The notes under the pieces: model-generated | Seen by the model: only the letters and a program-made list of their open reading frames with translations | Told to the model about the DNA's origin: nothing | Database searches by the model: none | NCBI RefSeq assembly: GCF_006345805.1 | Contig: NW_021834251.1 | Coordinates: 1 to 64,000 of the forward strand | Source: Octopus sinensis | Taxonomy: Eukaryota | Direction of reading: 5' to 3' | Length of the DNA: 64,000 nucleotides | Made by a program: the position numbers and the translations under genes | In this document: positions 52,513-64,000 of the stretch, piece by piece | How the letters are laid out: each line of letters opens with the position of its first letter | Position numbering within the stretch: position 1 is the first letter of the stretch

Positions 52513-52817
52513 GTGGAGGCACAATGGTCCAGTAGTTACGGCAGCGGACTCGCGGTTGGAGGATCGTGGTTTCGATTCCCAGACCGGGCGTTTTGTGTGT
52601 TTATTGAGCGAAAAAACCCTAAAAGCTCCACGAGGCTCCGGCAGGGGGTGGTGGCGATCCCTGTTGTACTCTTTCACCACAACTTTCTCTCACTCTTTCT
52701 TCCTGTTTCTTGAACAATACTGCAATGGACTGGCGTCCCGTCCAGCTGGGGGAACTCATACGCCACAGAACCCGGAAAATCGGGCCCATGAGCCTGGATA
52801 GGCTCGTAAAGGGCGAC
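52513..52817 (+). mobile_element. SINE family C: tRNA head plus V-domain-like core
   Basis: Head gtggaggcacaatggtccagtagtt…ggtttcgattcccag; actgcaatggactggcgtcccgtccag at 52719-52745. Confidence 0.8.
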
Positions 52818-53184
52818 GAAATATAGAGAATATAGTTGCTGATAATTAATGATCGAAAACGAGAATAGCATCAAGAACGAGATCATTCAGGTTAGAAGTA
52901 AGTGACAGTTATCTCAGAGTACTGTGAACGTATATTTTCATTCAAATATTTATTTACTCGACATCTCAGAACGAAAAAACACGAGACAATGTTTAGAGGT
53001 TAATTGTTTCAGAAATAAAATTGCAGCCATGCTGGGGTGGGAGTGGGGAACACCGCCTAGATGTGTTTTAGTCGGAAACGTCGAACCCACTACTTATTTT
53101 CCTCTTTAAGTTTCTACTTTCTCTCTCTCTCTCTCTCTCCTCTCTCTCTATATATATATATATACTATATATATATATATATAA

Positions 53185-53761
53185 TATATATATAATAATT
53201 AATACGGGGAGAAATTAGATACTAATTTAATAGTATATCTATTCAACACCAAGTGGCCTAGTGCTCCGAGAAACCTGGATTATTATAATATTTTATAACT
53301 ATTATAATATTTTTACAAAATAAATATAAGAGAGTGGTCACTATATGGCTCACGCTAGCACCAGTTAATCCAAAAGGTTTCAACCACGAAAATACATGTT
53401 TCCCATGAAAGTCAGTACGATTGTTAGCTCACACGACAGGGCAAATAAAAATACAAAAATACAGATTATTTTGGGACAATTGTTTCGCTATTAATGATTA
53501 AATGTAATTTTACTTACAAAAAAAAATCCATTTGTTTTGGCTGACGAGCTACAAATGGATTTTTTTTGTAAGTAAAATTACATTAATTCATTATAGCGAC
53601 ACAATTGTCCCAAAATAATCTGTATTTTTGTTATTTTTTATTTCCCTGTCCGTGTGAGCTAACAATCGTACTGACTTTCATGGGAACATGTTTTTCGTGG
53701 TTGAAACCTTTGGATTAACTGGGCTAGAGTGAGCCATATAGTGGACACTCTCTTATATTTA
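53185..53761. mobile_element. Fold-back element: about 135-bp tail, 216/210-bp arms, 15-nt loop, flanked by (TA)n
   Basis: 53321-53536 is the near-perfect reverse complement of 53552-53761. Confidence 0.9.
53536..53615 (+). ncRNA. Type I hammerhead ribozyme spanning the palindrome loop and right arm
   Basis: TTTTGG CTGACGA GCTA …41 nt… TAGC GA(C)AC AATT GTC CCAAAA. The mirror arm reads GAAAC at the same position (gtttc, 53482-53486). Confidence 0.7.
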
Positions 53762-53885
53762 TATATAATTATATATATATATATATTTATGACTATATAT
53801 ATTTACGTATATGTATATAAGAATTTTTGCGTAATGAGATAAAAAACCAAGACTGTGTAGATATAAGAACATTTATAGATAGAAG

Positions 53886-53937
53886 GCCTTACAGCTGTTT
53901 CCAGGATATGTATTAATTATATCCCTTCATCGGAGAC
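53886..53937 (-). ncRNA. Hammerhead-like motif (U4C core variant)
   Basis: rc = GTCT CCGATGA AGGGATAT aattaatac ATATCCTG GAA ACAGCTGT A AGGC. Confidence 0.5.
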
Positions 53938-54310
53938 AGATATATATATAGAGAGAGAAAGAAAGAGATTTTTTTATACATGTATATATCACGAAACAGG
54001 GAGCAATATCACAGTCGACAACTGAGCAGGGATTAGGCTTCTTTTAGTATTTTGTCCCGTACTTGTCTCTCGTTGTGTGCTTACGTCGTTGGTGGTGGCC
54101 AGTTCTGAATGTGAATTTTTTCATTTATTAAATATATATATACATATATAGATAGGTACATACATACATACATAAATACATACATACATACATACATACA
54201 TACATACATACATACATACATAGGCACCTTGATATTTCCCTATGTTTACGTACATCTTTATATATACGCAGAAATGTGTATGTGTACCTACAAATATTTG
54301 TGTGTGTGTA

Positions 54311-54377
<67 letters not shown>

Positions 54378-54558
54378 GTGTATGTTTGTCCGTGCGTGTA
54401 CATTTCCATGTCTCTCTTTTGCTACTTCTCCCCTTACTGATCTCTAATATAACCTCTTCCACCTCTCTCTCTCTCTTCTTCTCCTCTCCCTATATGTCTT
54501 TGTCTCCATCTCTGTCTCTCTTCTTCTCTTCGTCTTTTATTCTAAATTTCCTTCGGAA

Positions 54559-54589
<31 letters not shown>

Positions 54590-54598
54590 ATATATGTA

Positions 54599-54633
<35 letters not shown>

Positions 54634-54658
54634 TATATATATTTTACATATATATATA

Positions 54659-54701
<43 letters not shown>

Positions 54702-55278
54702 CTATCCCCTTGATTTCTGCAGGGAGTACATTCCATGTTATTCTGTTGCACTTAAAATATAACTTTTACCGTTCCTGACTATTTTCCAAGTAAAGAGAAA
54801 ATATTTTTTGTAAGTGCAATGATTTCCCACTCTTGGATTTCATATTATTTCCATAAATTTCTTTCTTGAATCTAAACACATCGGATTTTGGCATTCTTTG
54901 CATTTTACAAACAGTTAGCGATCTCTGTAGAATTATGGAAGCGAAATAGCAATAATGGATAAAATGTTGGCAGTGAATCTTCTATAAAATAAAAATATAT
55001 GATAGAAAGAGAAAAATAGGATGAATTTATTGATTTCCATGCTCTTGTTATATTTCATTTCAACTTTTTTGTTTACCGGTTAGATAATGTAAAGAAATTA
55101 TTGGTTATTATTTCGAATTCAGAACGCGACGTGGTCAAATTTATCTTTTATCTTTCCTGGATCGATATTATAAAGTACGTTTCTGGTACAGTAAAGAAAT
55201 CGAAGTAATAGGATAGTTTAAGAGTCAGACAAAATGTCACTAAGTTATATATATATATATTCCGGATCTGTGCCTTTG

Positions 55279-55695
55279 TACTCTTACTCTTTTACTTGTT
55301 TCAGTTATTTGATTGTGGCCATGCTGGAGCATCACCTTTAGTCGAGCAAATCGCCCCCCGAACTTATTCTTTGTAAGCCTAGTACTTATTCTATCGGTCT
55401 ATTTTGCCGAACTGCTAAGTTTCGGGGACGTAAACACACCAACATCGGTTGTCAAGCGATGTTGGGGGGACAAACACAGTCACACAAACATACACACACA
55501 CACACATATATATGTATATACATATATACGAGGGGTTTCTTTCAGTTTTCCGTCTACCAGATCCACTCACAAGGCTTTGGTAGGCTCGAGGTTATAGTAG
55601 AAAACACTTACCCAAGGTGCCACACAATGGGACTGAACCCGGAACCAAGTGGTTCGTAAGCAAGCTGCTCACTACACAGCCTCTCTCCTACGCCT
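55279..55695 (-). mobile_element. SINE family A, full length
   Basis: As for 31032-31438. Confidence 0.9.
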
Positions 55696-56019
55696 ATAAT
55701 TGTAGTTCTTAAAGAGGATAACTGTGTATTTCCTTATTTGTGGATTCTTTTAATTACTGTACACTTTAAACAAAGGCTATGCTGAAACCCAAAAGGGTTT
55801 TAGTCGAACAAATTGTCCGTTACTTCTTTTATGGGACTATTTTGCTGAAAGATTGGATGACAGGTACGTTAAGAAACCAACACCAATCGGCAAGTACAAG
55901 CTAAGATGCAAAGACACACACACATATAGAAACATGCACACATACACACACGCGTGTGTATATACAACAGACTTCCACACAGTTTAAAGTATAAAGTTCC
56001 TTCCCATGTCATACTGCGT

Positions 56020-56239
56020 CATGAGGCCGTTCTCACTGTTTCTGTGGAGAATATAATCCCCCTGGAAGGATACCACTCACTCTCAGAGTCACTAATGTTC
56101 GCCAGCTGAGTGGACTAGTGCAAGATTAAATGAAGTGTTTTTCTTTCAAGATCACAACGCACCGCCGGGTCTGGATTCGAAACCGCGATCCTAAGACCGT
56201 GAGCCTGCTACCCTAACAACTGAGCCATTACGCCTCCAC
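56020..56239 (-). mobile_element. SINE with a family C-type tRNA head and a different body
   Basis: rc head gtggaggcgtaatggctcagttgttagggtagc…ggtttcgaatccaga. Confidence 0.75.
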
Positions 56240-56263
56240 ATATAACATAACACACACACACAA

Positions 56264-56264
<1 letters not shown>

Positions 56265-56296
<32 letters not shown>

Positions 56297-56297
56297 C

Positions 56298-56333
<36 letters not shown>

Positions 56334-56349
56334 TCTATCTATCTATCTT

Positions 56350-56407
<58 letters not shown>

Positions 56408-56408
56408 A

Positions 56409-56410
<2 letters not shown>
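56265..56410. repeat. (CTAT)n microsatellite
   Basis: Directly visible. Confidence 0.95.
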
Positions 56411-56469
<59 letters not shown>

Positions 56470-57963
56470 ATATATATATATACTGTTCTTCATTCTCACA
56501 CTTGAATAATTGAATGATATTACGAGGTATTCATGCATCTCCAACACGCTAAAGGTCTCGTGCATGCAAATCATTCATGTATTGAAATACTCATTGCACC
56601 TTAACTCAGATTACCAGAGATTCCCGTTCAGGGTCAGATCGGAAACGCTTTGAAGTAATAAAAATAGGAACAAATCCTGAGGGACTATCGCATGACAATG
56701 TTTTCTTTTCTCGATGTGAACACTTAACAAAAATACCACAACCACCACCACCAACCAGAGCCATAATTCCCACTATCACCACCAACAACACCCGACTACT
56801 TACTACCTGATACACGTAGGGTAATCGTCTTTTCTGAGGGTACCGGATTCTTTCGCGGTATCGCCAGGTCCTGTGTGAATTGTAAGAAGACGGGCGTGAC
56901 GTCCGCCAGTCGCAGCGGTTTTTGACGGCGATGATACAAAAAGGGCGTGTCAATTTAGTTGTCTCTGTTTCCGCAATTGAACACGGAAATCTGAATATGC
57001 GTGATCATAACTTTTGTAATGCCAGCGAAAGGTTCTTCAAGCCAAGCACGGTCTCTTGCTGCGTTTTCCCGGGTTTTCAAGAGAGAAGATCTTTTCTTCA
57101 TTTTATTTTCCATTTTCCATCTTTTTTTTTTATATCATGCCTAGAGATATAATTTATTAAATTCTATTAAAATTTACTTTCTTCACAAATTTTATATTAA
57201 TATCATGAATAGTTTTATAATATTCCATTTCATCTTTTCTTTTATGATCATTATTTTTCACACAATGCTTTTGTATTTCAATTGTTTGAAGATCTATATA
57301 AATTATATACAATTTCATTCCAACCTCCTTTCGATTCGAGTCTGCGCAACTTCGCTGCCGTGTACGTATGGATTAGGAAAAATCAGAACGAATGACACAC
57401 GGTTCCTTTGATTTGTATCAAAGCTCTACATTTTGGCAAAGGCGATTAGTACTCAGTGACATGCAGGGAAATATGTCTCGAACTTATGTTTGAAGGTGTT
57501 TTACAAGTTCGGCTTCGCAGTTTCTTACATTTTACTTTATATTTTGTTATTGATTTTTGAATTAGGCACAGGACCAATTATGAGGGGAAGGTTAATCTAC
57601 GAAATCGACAGAAATACATGATAGGTGTGTTCTTCAACAATAAAATGGTTGTTAGAATTTTTCTTGATCGCTGCGTTTACTGTAGAATTTCCACAAATTG
57701 GAAAATAAAAGAAAGCGAAATTTGCTTATTTTTCTAGTTATCCTATTATTATTTTATCATTTCTCGTTTCAATCATTGATCAGTGTCCGGGTATGGTACC
57801 ACCTTCAAAGATTTTGTCAAATCAACGCTCCTGCATATTTTATTATTTTATCGATTTTTGAGCTCACTTTGTCGAAAGATCGAAGTTACGAGAACGTAAG
57901 AAAACTATCATCAGTTGTCGAGAATTGGGGGGGGCAAGCAGAAAACAATCATTCACATGCATA

Positions 57964-58041
<78 letters not shown>

Positions 58042-58288
58042 CTTCCACGCAGTTTCTGTCTACAAATACATGAGGACACAGTAGAAAAGACATCTCCAGT
58101 GCACAATACAGCAAAACTGAAGCGGAAACGACGTATTTGAAAAATACAAGGATGCTTTTGTCATAAATATTTGTTTATTTATTTATTATTTATTATTAAT
58201 TTTTTATTAGATTGTTAATATATGTGATGTGAAATTCAGCCACCTGTCATAGTCTTGACTCATTTGAAACATATTCTTTCTAAATCAT

Positions 58289-58406
58289 TTTCTACTCTAG
58301 CCACAAGGCCCAAAATCTCGGCGGAATTTGAACTCAGAACGTAACGGCAGACGAAATACTGCTAAACATTTCGCCCGACGTGCTAATGATTCTACCAGCT
58401 CGCCAC
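58289..58406 (-). mobile_element. SINE family B, internally deleted (head fused to tail type 1)
   Basis: tttctactctagccacaaggcccaaaat|ctcggcggaatttgaactcag…. Confidence 0.8.
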
Positions 58407-59188
58407 ATTTATTATTTTCTACTCAAGGCATAATGTACTTTCTAAACACATGAAATGATACTGATGAATTAGTTTTAATTATTGAGATATTGAAACAGCA
58501 TTATATCCATACATGTATCGCTGATAAAGTAAAACACCAGTGGTTTTGTGAATGTTAGTTCTTTTAGAAAAAGCATTTGGCTTTCTGTTGTCTAACACTG
58601 ACCTATGGAACTATTTTAATTCTTAGGACAGCTTTTGAACGAAAGGCTAAATGATTATACAAATTTTCGTATCAAATAGCCCTGAGCTCTCTCAAAGAAG
58701 AAGGCGGTGAATTAGCTGAGGTTTTAGGATGAAGAGCAGATTTTTCATATGATATCCCATTCGACTCTTTGTGACTTAAGATCAAATCTCGCCGAGATTA
58801 ACGTTCGATAAAATAAAATGCCACTCACGAGTAGAAGAGTTGAAACAATTCTGGAGACGTCGGATAAGATGCCTTCAGCCTTACTTAGTTTCTTTATAGA
58901 AGACTTAATCATTCGCCAGGTGGAACATGACCCTTTTCCTTGGGTGCCTTTGGCAGATTTCCTTCTGTTGCAAGCATTCAAATCATCATCTCTTCCTTTT
59001 CCTAATCATTTAGATCTGAAGGGAATACTGCATCATGGATATTGCGATTACTGCAATGCTTTACCAATGAAACGCATAAACTGAGTTGCTGAAAAATATC
59101 GGATGGTCAGGTAAAGAGGCAGCGCCGAGCAGGAAACTGTTCACCTGTTAATTCGCCAGTTTGATAATTCAGATATTTATTTCTTCCA

Positions 59189-59574
59189 TTCTTTCTTTTA
59201 CTTGTTTCAGTCATTTGACTGCGGCCATGCTGGAGCACCGCCTTTAGTCGAACAACTCGACCCCGGAACTTATTCTTTTTTGTAAGCCCAGTACTTATTC
59301 TATCGGTCTCTTTTTGCCGAACCGCTAAGTGACGGGGACGTAAATACACCAGCATCGGTTGTCCAGCAATGGGGAACAAACACAGACACACAAACACACA
59401 CACGCACATATATATATATACATATATACGATAGGCTTCTTTCAGTTTCCGTCTACCAAATCCACTCACAAGGCATAGCAGAAGACACTTGCCCAAGATG
59501 TCACGCAGTGGGACTGAACCCGGAACAATGTGGCTGGTTAGCAAGCTACTTGCCACACAGCCACTCCTGCGCCT
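59189..59574 (-). mobile_element. SINE family A, near full length
   Basis: As for 31032-31438, with a short internal deletion. Confidence 0.9.
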
Positions 59575-60087
59575 ATATTGCAAGAAATTAAACACAAAAA
59601 TGATTTCTTACATCAGAATGAACCCATAAATTTGGAAATCAGGCATCCGACTGACTCCAGCAGATCATTTGAATACATATTTTAATTCCAGTTTGGTGAT
59701 ATGGAGATTTTACCTAGCAATAATATATCGAAGACATCGGAATAAAGACTCTAGAAATTATTTGAAAGTATTGTTATTCTTACAAAATATACGACGATTG
59801 TCTTCAAAATAACTGCTACTTGACCAAAGATTATGAGTGAAACTGGTTAGAGAGAATTATGAAAATCAGATAAAGTGGTCTGTAGTTAGTGAACCGATAT
59901 TTTTTTCTTTGCTTTGCAGAACGAGTTTCGATGTCCTGTATGTTCAGGATAATTATTGGATATCTTGTTGATGGCGGCATTCACCCTCAGTAGAAATTAT
60001 CCAAGAATTGATAGTGATAAGCGTTTTAAAACCGAAATATTCAGCGTCAATTTTTGCCTAACTATAAAGGTTTGTGTGTGTGTATAT

Positions 60088-60123
<36 letters not shown>

Positions 60124-60425
60124 TAATAATAATAATAATAAAGGTTAAAATTAATTAATCGATTTATAATTAATAATCTTGCCAAGTAGTTCGGTATGTT
60201 AAAAGAACGTTTATCGGTAAACTTATAAAAAATGATTACAATTATAAACATAATTATAAATAGGACTTAGCAAAACTGCTTCACCGCACTGAGTTGAGAA
60301 TATTGCTGTCTGGGAGATATCTTATGGTAGTAGAGTAGTATTTAACTGCTATTTCTAAATTTCGGTATGTGGTGAGCAAATTTTGCTGAACCCTACTTAT
60401 AATTATGTTAATAATTATAATAACT

Positions 60426-60457
<32 letters not shown>

Positions 60458-61791
60458 TATATATATATATATATGAGTGTGTGTGTACTTGTAGAAGACA
60501 AATACAAAAGCAGAAGTTTCTAGAATTTCCTTGAGACAGTAGGTGGTGTGAGTATCATGTTGTATTGACTCGCACCCTAACCGGAAGTTGGCTATAAGGT
60601 AAGAAAAATGAGAATCGCTCGATGAGAGCCTGTAGTGAGTGGTTCTGCGTACTAAACGGACAAAATTTTAAAATATCTGATTATTTCAGTGATAAATATT
60701 CTGTCAAGATGATCAGGATTTTTAATCGCACACCCACTCGAGCTAAACACAAGCACCACAGATAAACAAAGCATCAGTAAGTAAATAAATAAAATTTATT
60801 TTCAAAAATTTTGAAAATTGAATACATAGTGAAGTCGATAAACTAACTAAACAACAGAATAATGAAATGTCAGGTTTGGCAAATTTTAAAATAAAGATGA
60901 GGAAAAAAAGTGGATGAAAAAAGTAAAAGGTGATGAAGTGGAGGAAGCAGGAGAAAATAAAGTTTATTTATCACTTAGTAAGTAGGAAGAAATGGTACGC
61001 GAACATGAACGATGTCAATCCCGGGAGCTAACAACATTTGCATGGAAGAAAAAAAAATGGAAGAAAAATGGTTTTTAAATAAAAAATAAAATTTAAAATC
61101 TAGAAATAGAACTACAAGACGATGAGAAAGTAAAAACTGAAAAACCGATCGACGGAAAAAAAAAAGAATACGAATACGAAATAATTAAAAAAAAGCAGTA
61201 AAAAGAAAAAGTGAGAAAAATTTGCAGAAATAGGTTGGAGGATAAACCGGTGTTTAAAAGTTTTCCATGTTTACAGAAATATGGAGAGAACAGCGGCCAG
61301 CAGGCAGACGAATCTGATAACGTGGTGTTTATACTTCATGTTGAAGTATAGAGATATATTACCTTAGAGCAGTGTAAATGTGGAAAGTAAAAATAAGTTT
61401 TATACAAAAAAAAATATGGTAATCTAGAAGAGGAAATCTTCAAATATATTTTTAATATCATCGTTTAAAATGGAAAGAGGAACAATCACGCATTTCTAGA
61501 AATTCGTATGATGATGAGAGGGAATACGTGTATCTGTGTATGCATATTTCTGCATATATAGGTGTGTGTTTGCTTGTGGATGTGTGCGTGTGTACATACA
61601 AATATATGTATGTACAAACACATGTGTATATGTATATATATACATATATATATACATGCATATGTAAACATGTATATAGAGAGATGCATATGTCTATACG
61701 TATGTACTTGAGTGTATGTATGTGCGTGTGTGTGTGTGAGCGTGTGTATGTATGTATAGTGTGTGTGCCTGTGTATGTATGTGTGTGTGTC

Positions 61792-61828
<37 letters not shown>

Positions 61829-61983
61829 AATGAGGGTGTAGTATCAGCACTATATTTAGCTCGATATTTAAGTAAAAAAAATATTTTTCGTGACTTCGTA
61901 ACAGAAAGGAAGTTGTAAGGTAGAAGAGAGAAAAGAAGATACAGGTAGAGAGAGACAGAGAGAAAATAATACATAAATACATA

Positions 61984-62023
<40 letters not shown>

Positions 62024-62279
62024 TGTGTGGGTGTATGCACGTATGTGTTCCCGCACACAGACACACAAAAGCAAGTACATGAGAATTCAATACAGTGTAA
62101 GATGGTGTAGTGAGCTGAAATATTTAATTATGCGAACATACGTTTTTAATGAGAACATAAATTCATGAAACTTACCGCTTTTCCATCTGAGCAAAAACAG
62201 AGAAAACTCCTCATGAATCTAAATATACTTATATTTACATATGGACATGGAAGATACAGTCTGTTGGGTATTATTTAAG

Positions 62280-62850
62280 TACGAGATGCATTCCAGATGT
62301 TTTGAGACTTTTTCAGTAGACATTGATTTCAATAAAGAACAAGACACTAGTCTCCGTCACAAGAGGATCCACTTATTTTAATGTGATTGTTGTAGCATTA
62401 CATTCTTATCGTGAAGGCCCCATGGAAATCTTCCAAACTGAATAAAGTCAGGATACTTGTCACAACTTCCTTCGGCCTTACCTCCACCATGGGGGAACAG
62501 TCAAAAGTCACAAGGAGCAAGGTGTAATCTACAGCGAATGTAAGTGTCAGTTTTCATGCTCACCTCTGTCACGTAGTTGACCACAAGGAAGGAAATGTGA
62601 ACTGATGCATAGTTATGATGTATGTTCCACCAACCCGAGTGGAAGATCTCTGGCCTGTTGCGACTAAATCTTTTCTTGAACGTTTTGAAAAATATCCTCC
62701 ACAATGTAGAGTGTCTGCCCAGAGAGAACCCAGTGAATATGGATGATGACCTAGGTGTCGAAAAAGGGTGTCTTCAAGTGCTTCCTGGGGAAATTACTTT
62801 GTCGGGCCTCTTGTGCTCAACTTTTGTAACTTAATTCATCAGCAATCTGG
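62280..62850 (-). mobile_element. Decayed mariner (DD34D-type), 3' half with right TIR
   Basis: Minus strand encodes FKKRFSRNRPEIFHSGWWNIHHNYASVH…LAPCDF*LFP…EDFHGAF (HDNA and PDLAPCDFWLFP motifs); ends at ta-cgagatgcattcc. Confidence 0.82.
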
Positions 62851-62888
62851 AGCATGTCATAAGATTTTATAGCGTTTTTGCCCAGTTT

Positions 62889-63137
62889 AGGCGCAGGTGT
62901 TGCTGTGTGGTAAGTAGCTTGCCTACGAACCACATGGTCCCGGGTTCCGTCCCACTGCGTGGCACCTTGGACGACTGTCTTCTGCTATAGCTCTGAGCCG
63001 ACCAAAGCCTTCTGAGTGGATTTGGTAGACGGAAAATGAAAGAAGCCCGTCGTATACATGTATATATATATGTATGTCTTCGTATATGTTTTTGTCTGTG
63101 TTTGTCCCCCAACATCGCCTGACAACCGGTGCTGGTC
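62889..63137 (+). mobile_element. SINE family A, 5' two-thirds
   Basis: aggcgcaggtgttgctgtgtggtaagtagc…ggttccgtcccactgcgtggcacctt. Confidence 0.85.
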
Positions 63138-63547
63138 TGTGACATACTGGAGCATTGCGAAGAAGAGATTTAGTCGAAAGGATCGCGCCTAGTAATTGCT
63201 TATCTTTCAAAGTCAGCTACTTATTCTATTGATTTCTTTTGGCGATACGCTAACTACAGTGTCATAAGCAAACCAACACTTATTATCTAACACACTCACC
63301 GGTTGGATTTCCGCTCATTTATCATTTGTATATATTTTTTTTTCCAATGGAAGTTGACTCCCAACGTCCATTGACAAATTTACAAAAGCAACGAAAATTT
63401 TTGATGAAAAAATATAAATAATAAGTGAGTGAAAATCGAACAAGCGAGCGTGTTAGATAATGAGGCATTAAAACAATATGACTCTCCGCGGACACAATAA
63501 AATTAATTGATTAGATAATATAAAATAATAGTATATCGTTATTTTTC

Positions 63548-63745
63548 TTTTCATTTATCTGTTTCAGTCATTGGAGAGCGATCGTGCGGGGTCAACAGCG
63601 AGAAGAAATTTTAGACGAATGAATCGACACCAGTACTTATTATTTTAGAGCCTATTACTTATTTTAACGGTCTCTTTTAACAAACCACTAAGTCATGAGG
63701 ACGTAAAAGCACCAACAGCAGTTGTCAAGTGTTTGAGGACAAGCA
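63548..63745 (-). mobile_element. SINE family A, 3' part, diverged
   Basis: tgtttcagtcatt…cagtactta…ccactaagt…ggacgtaaa. Confidence 0.6.
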
Positions 63746-63761
63746 CAAACAGAAACACAAT

Positions 63762-63795
<34 letters not shown>

Positions 63796-63808
63796 GTATT
63801 ATATATAC

Positions 63809-64000
63809 ATGGGAAAGTTTACAAAAATAAACAAAAGACGAAGGCAGGTGGAGTACAAACAAACAAATGTATTAGTATAGCGCTTAGGAATGAAAAAAAA
63901 ACAGTCTTTTACGTTTCGAGCCTACTCTCTTCGAAAGAAAGATACACAGAAAAAAAAAAGGAGAGAAAAAAGTTGCGTGTAGGAGCTAACGGTCTATCAC
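63809..64000 (-). mobile_element. Short element family P1, copy 3
   Basis: Homologous to 11437-11619 and 27669-27870; follows a (TA)-rich tract. Confidence 0.8.

Noticed and set aside
56606-56953. 115-aa minus-strand ORF with an apparent transmembrane segment
   Set aside because: TTG start, and the hydrophobic part comes from a (GGT/GTT)n-like tract downstream of a strong splice donor.
58745-59084. Overlapping 78- and 88-aa ORFs in unique-looking sequence
   Set aside because: No motifs or splice support; probably an old decayed transposon.

Overview
AT-rich, microsatellite-saturated animal genomic DNA. The repeat content resembles an octopus/cephalopod genome (inference). No complete host gene is recognisable, and nearly all ORFs in the supplied track are translations of (TA)n, (CA)n, (CTAT)n or (ATT)n tracts. 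The only recognisable protein-coding material is transposon-derived: two Tx1/L1-clade LINEs in tandem (39229-42388, 5'-truncated; 42655-48511, near full length), each bounded by (CTAT)n; a 5'-truncated RTE 3' end; a DD37D (maT) element; and several mariner remnants. There are also many tRNA-derived SINEs of three families, two non-autonomous Helitrons and a MITE. The most notable unannotated signal is a set of short non-coding elements sitting in (TA)n tracts that carry type I hammerhead ribozyme (HHR) motifs. Three of them are built as long inverted repeats (3374-4089, 33198-34241, 53185-53761), an architecture expected of Penelope-like element (PLE) pseudo-LTRs or retrozyme-like elements. 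Second, the Tx1 LINEs appear to target GATA microsatellites and share their 3' terminus with one SINE subfamily in the window. A few unique segments have exon-like splice signals, but these calls are low confidence.
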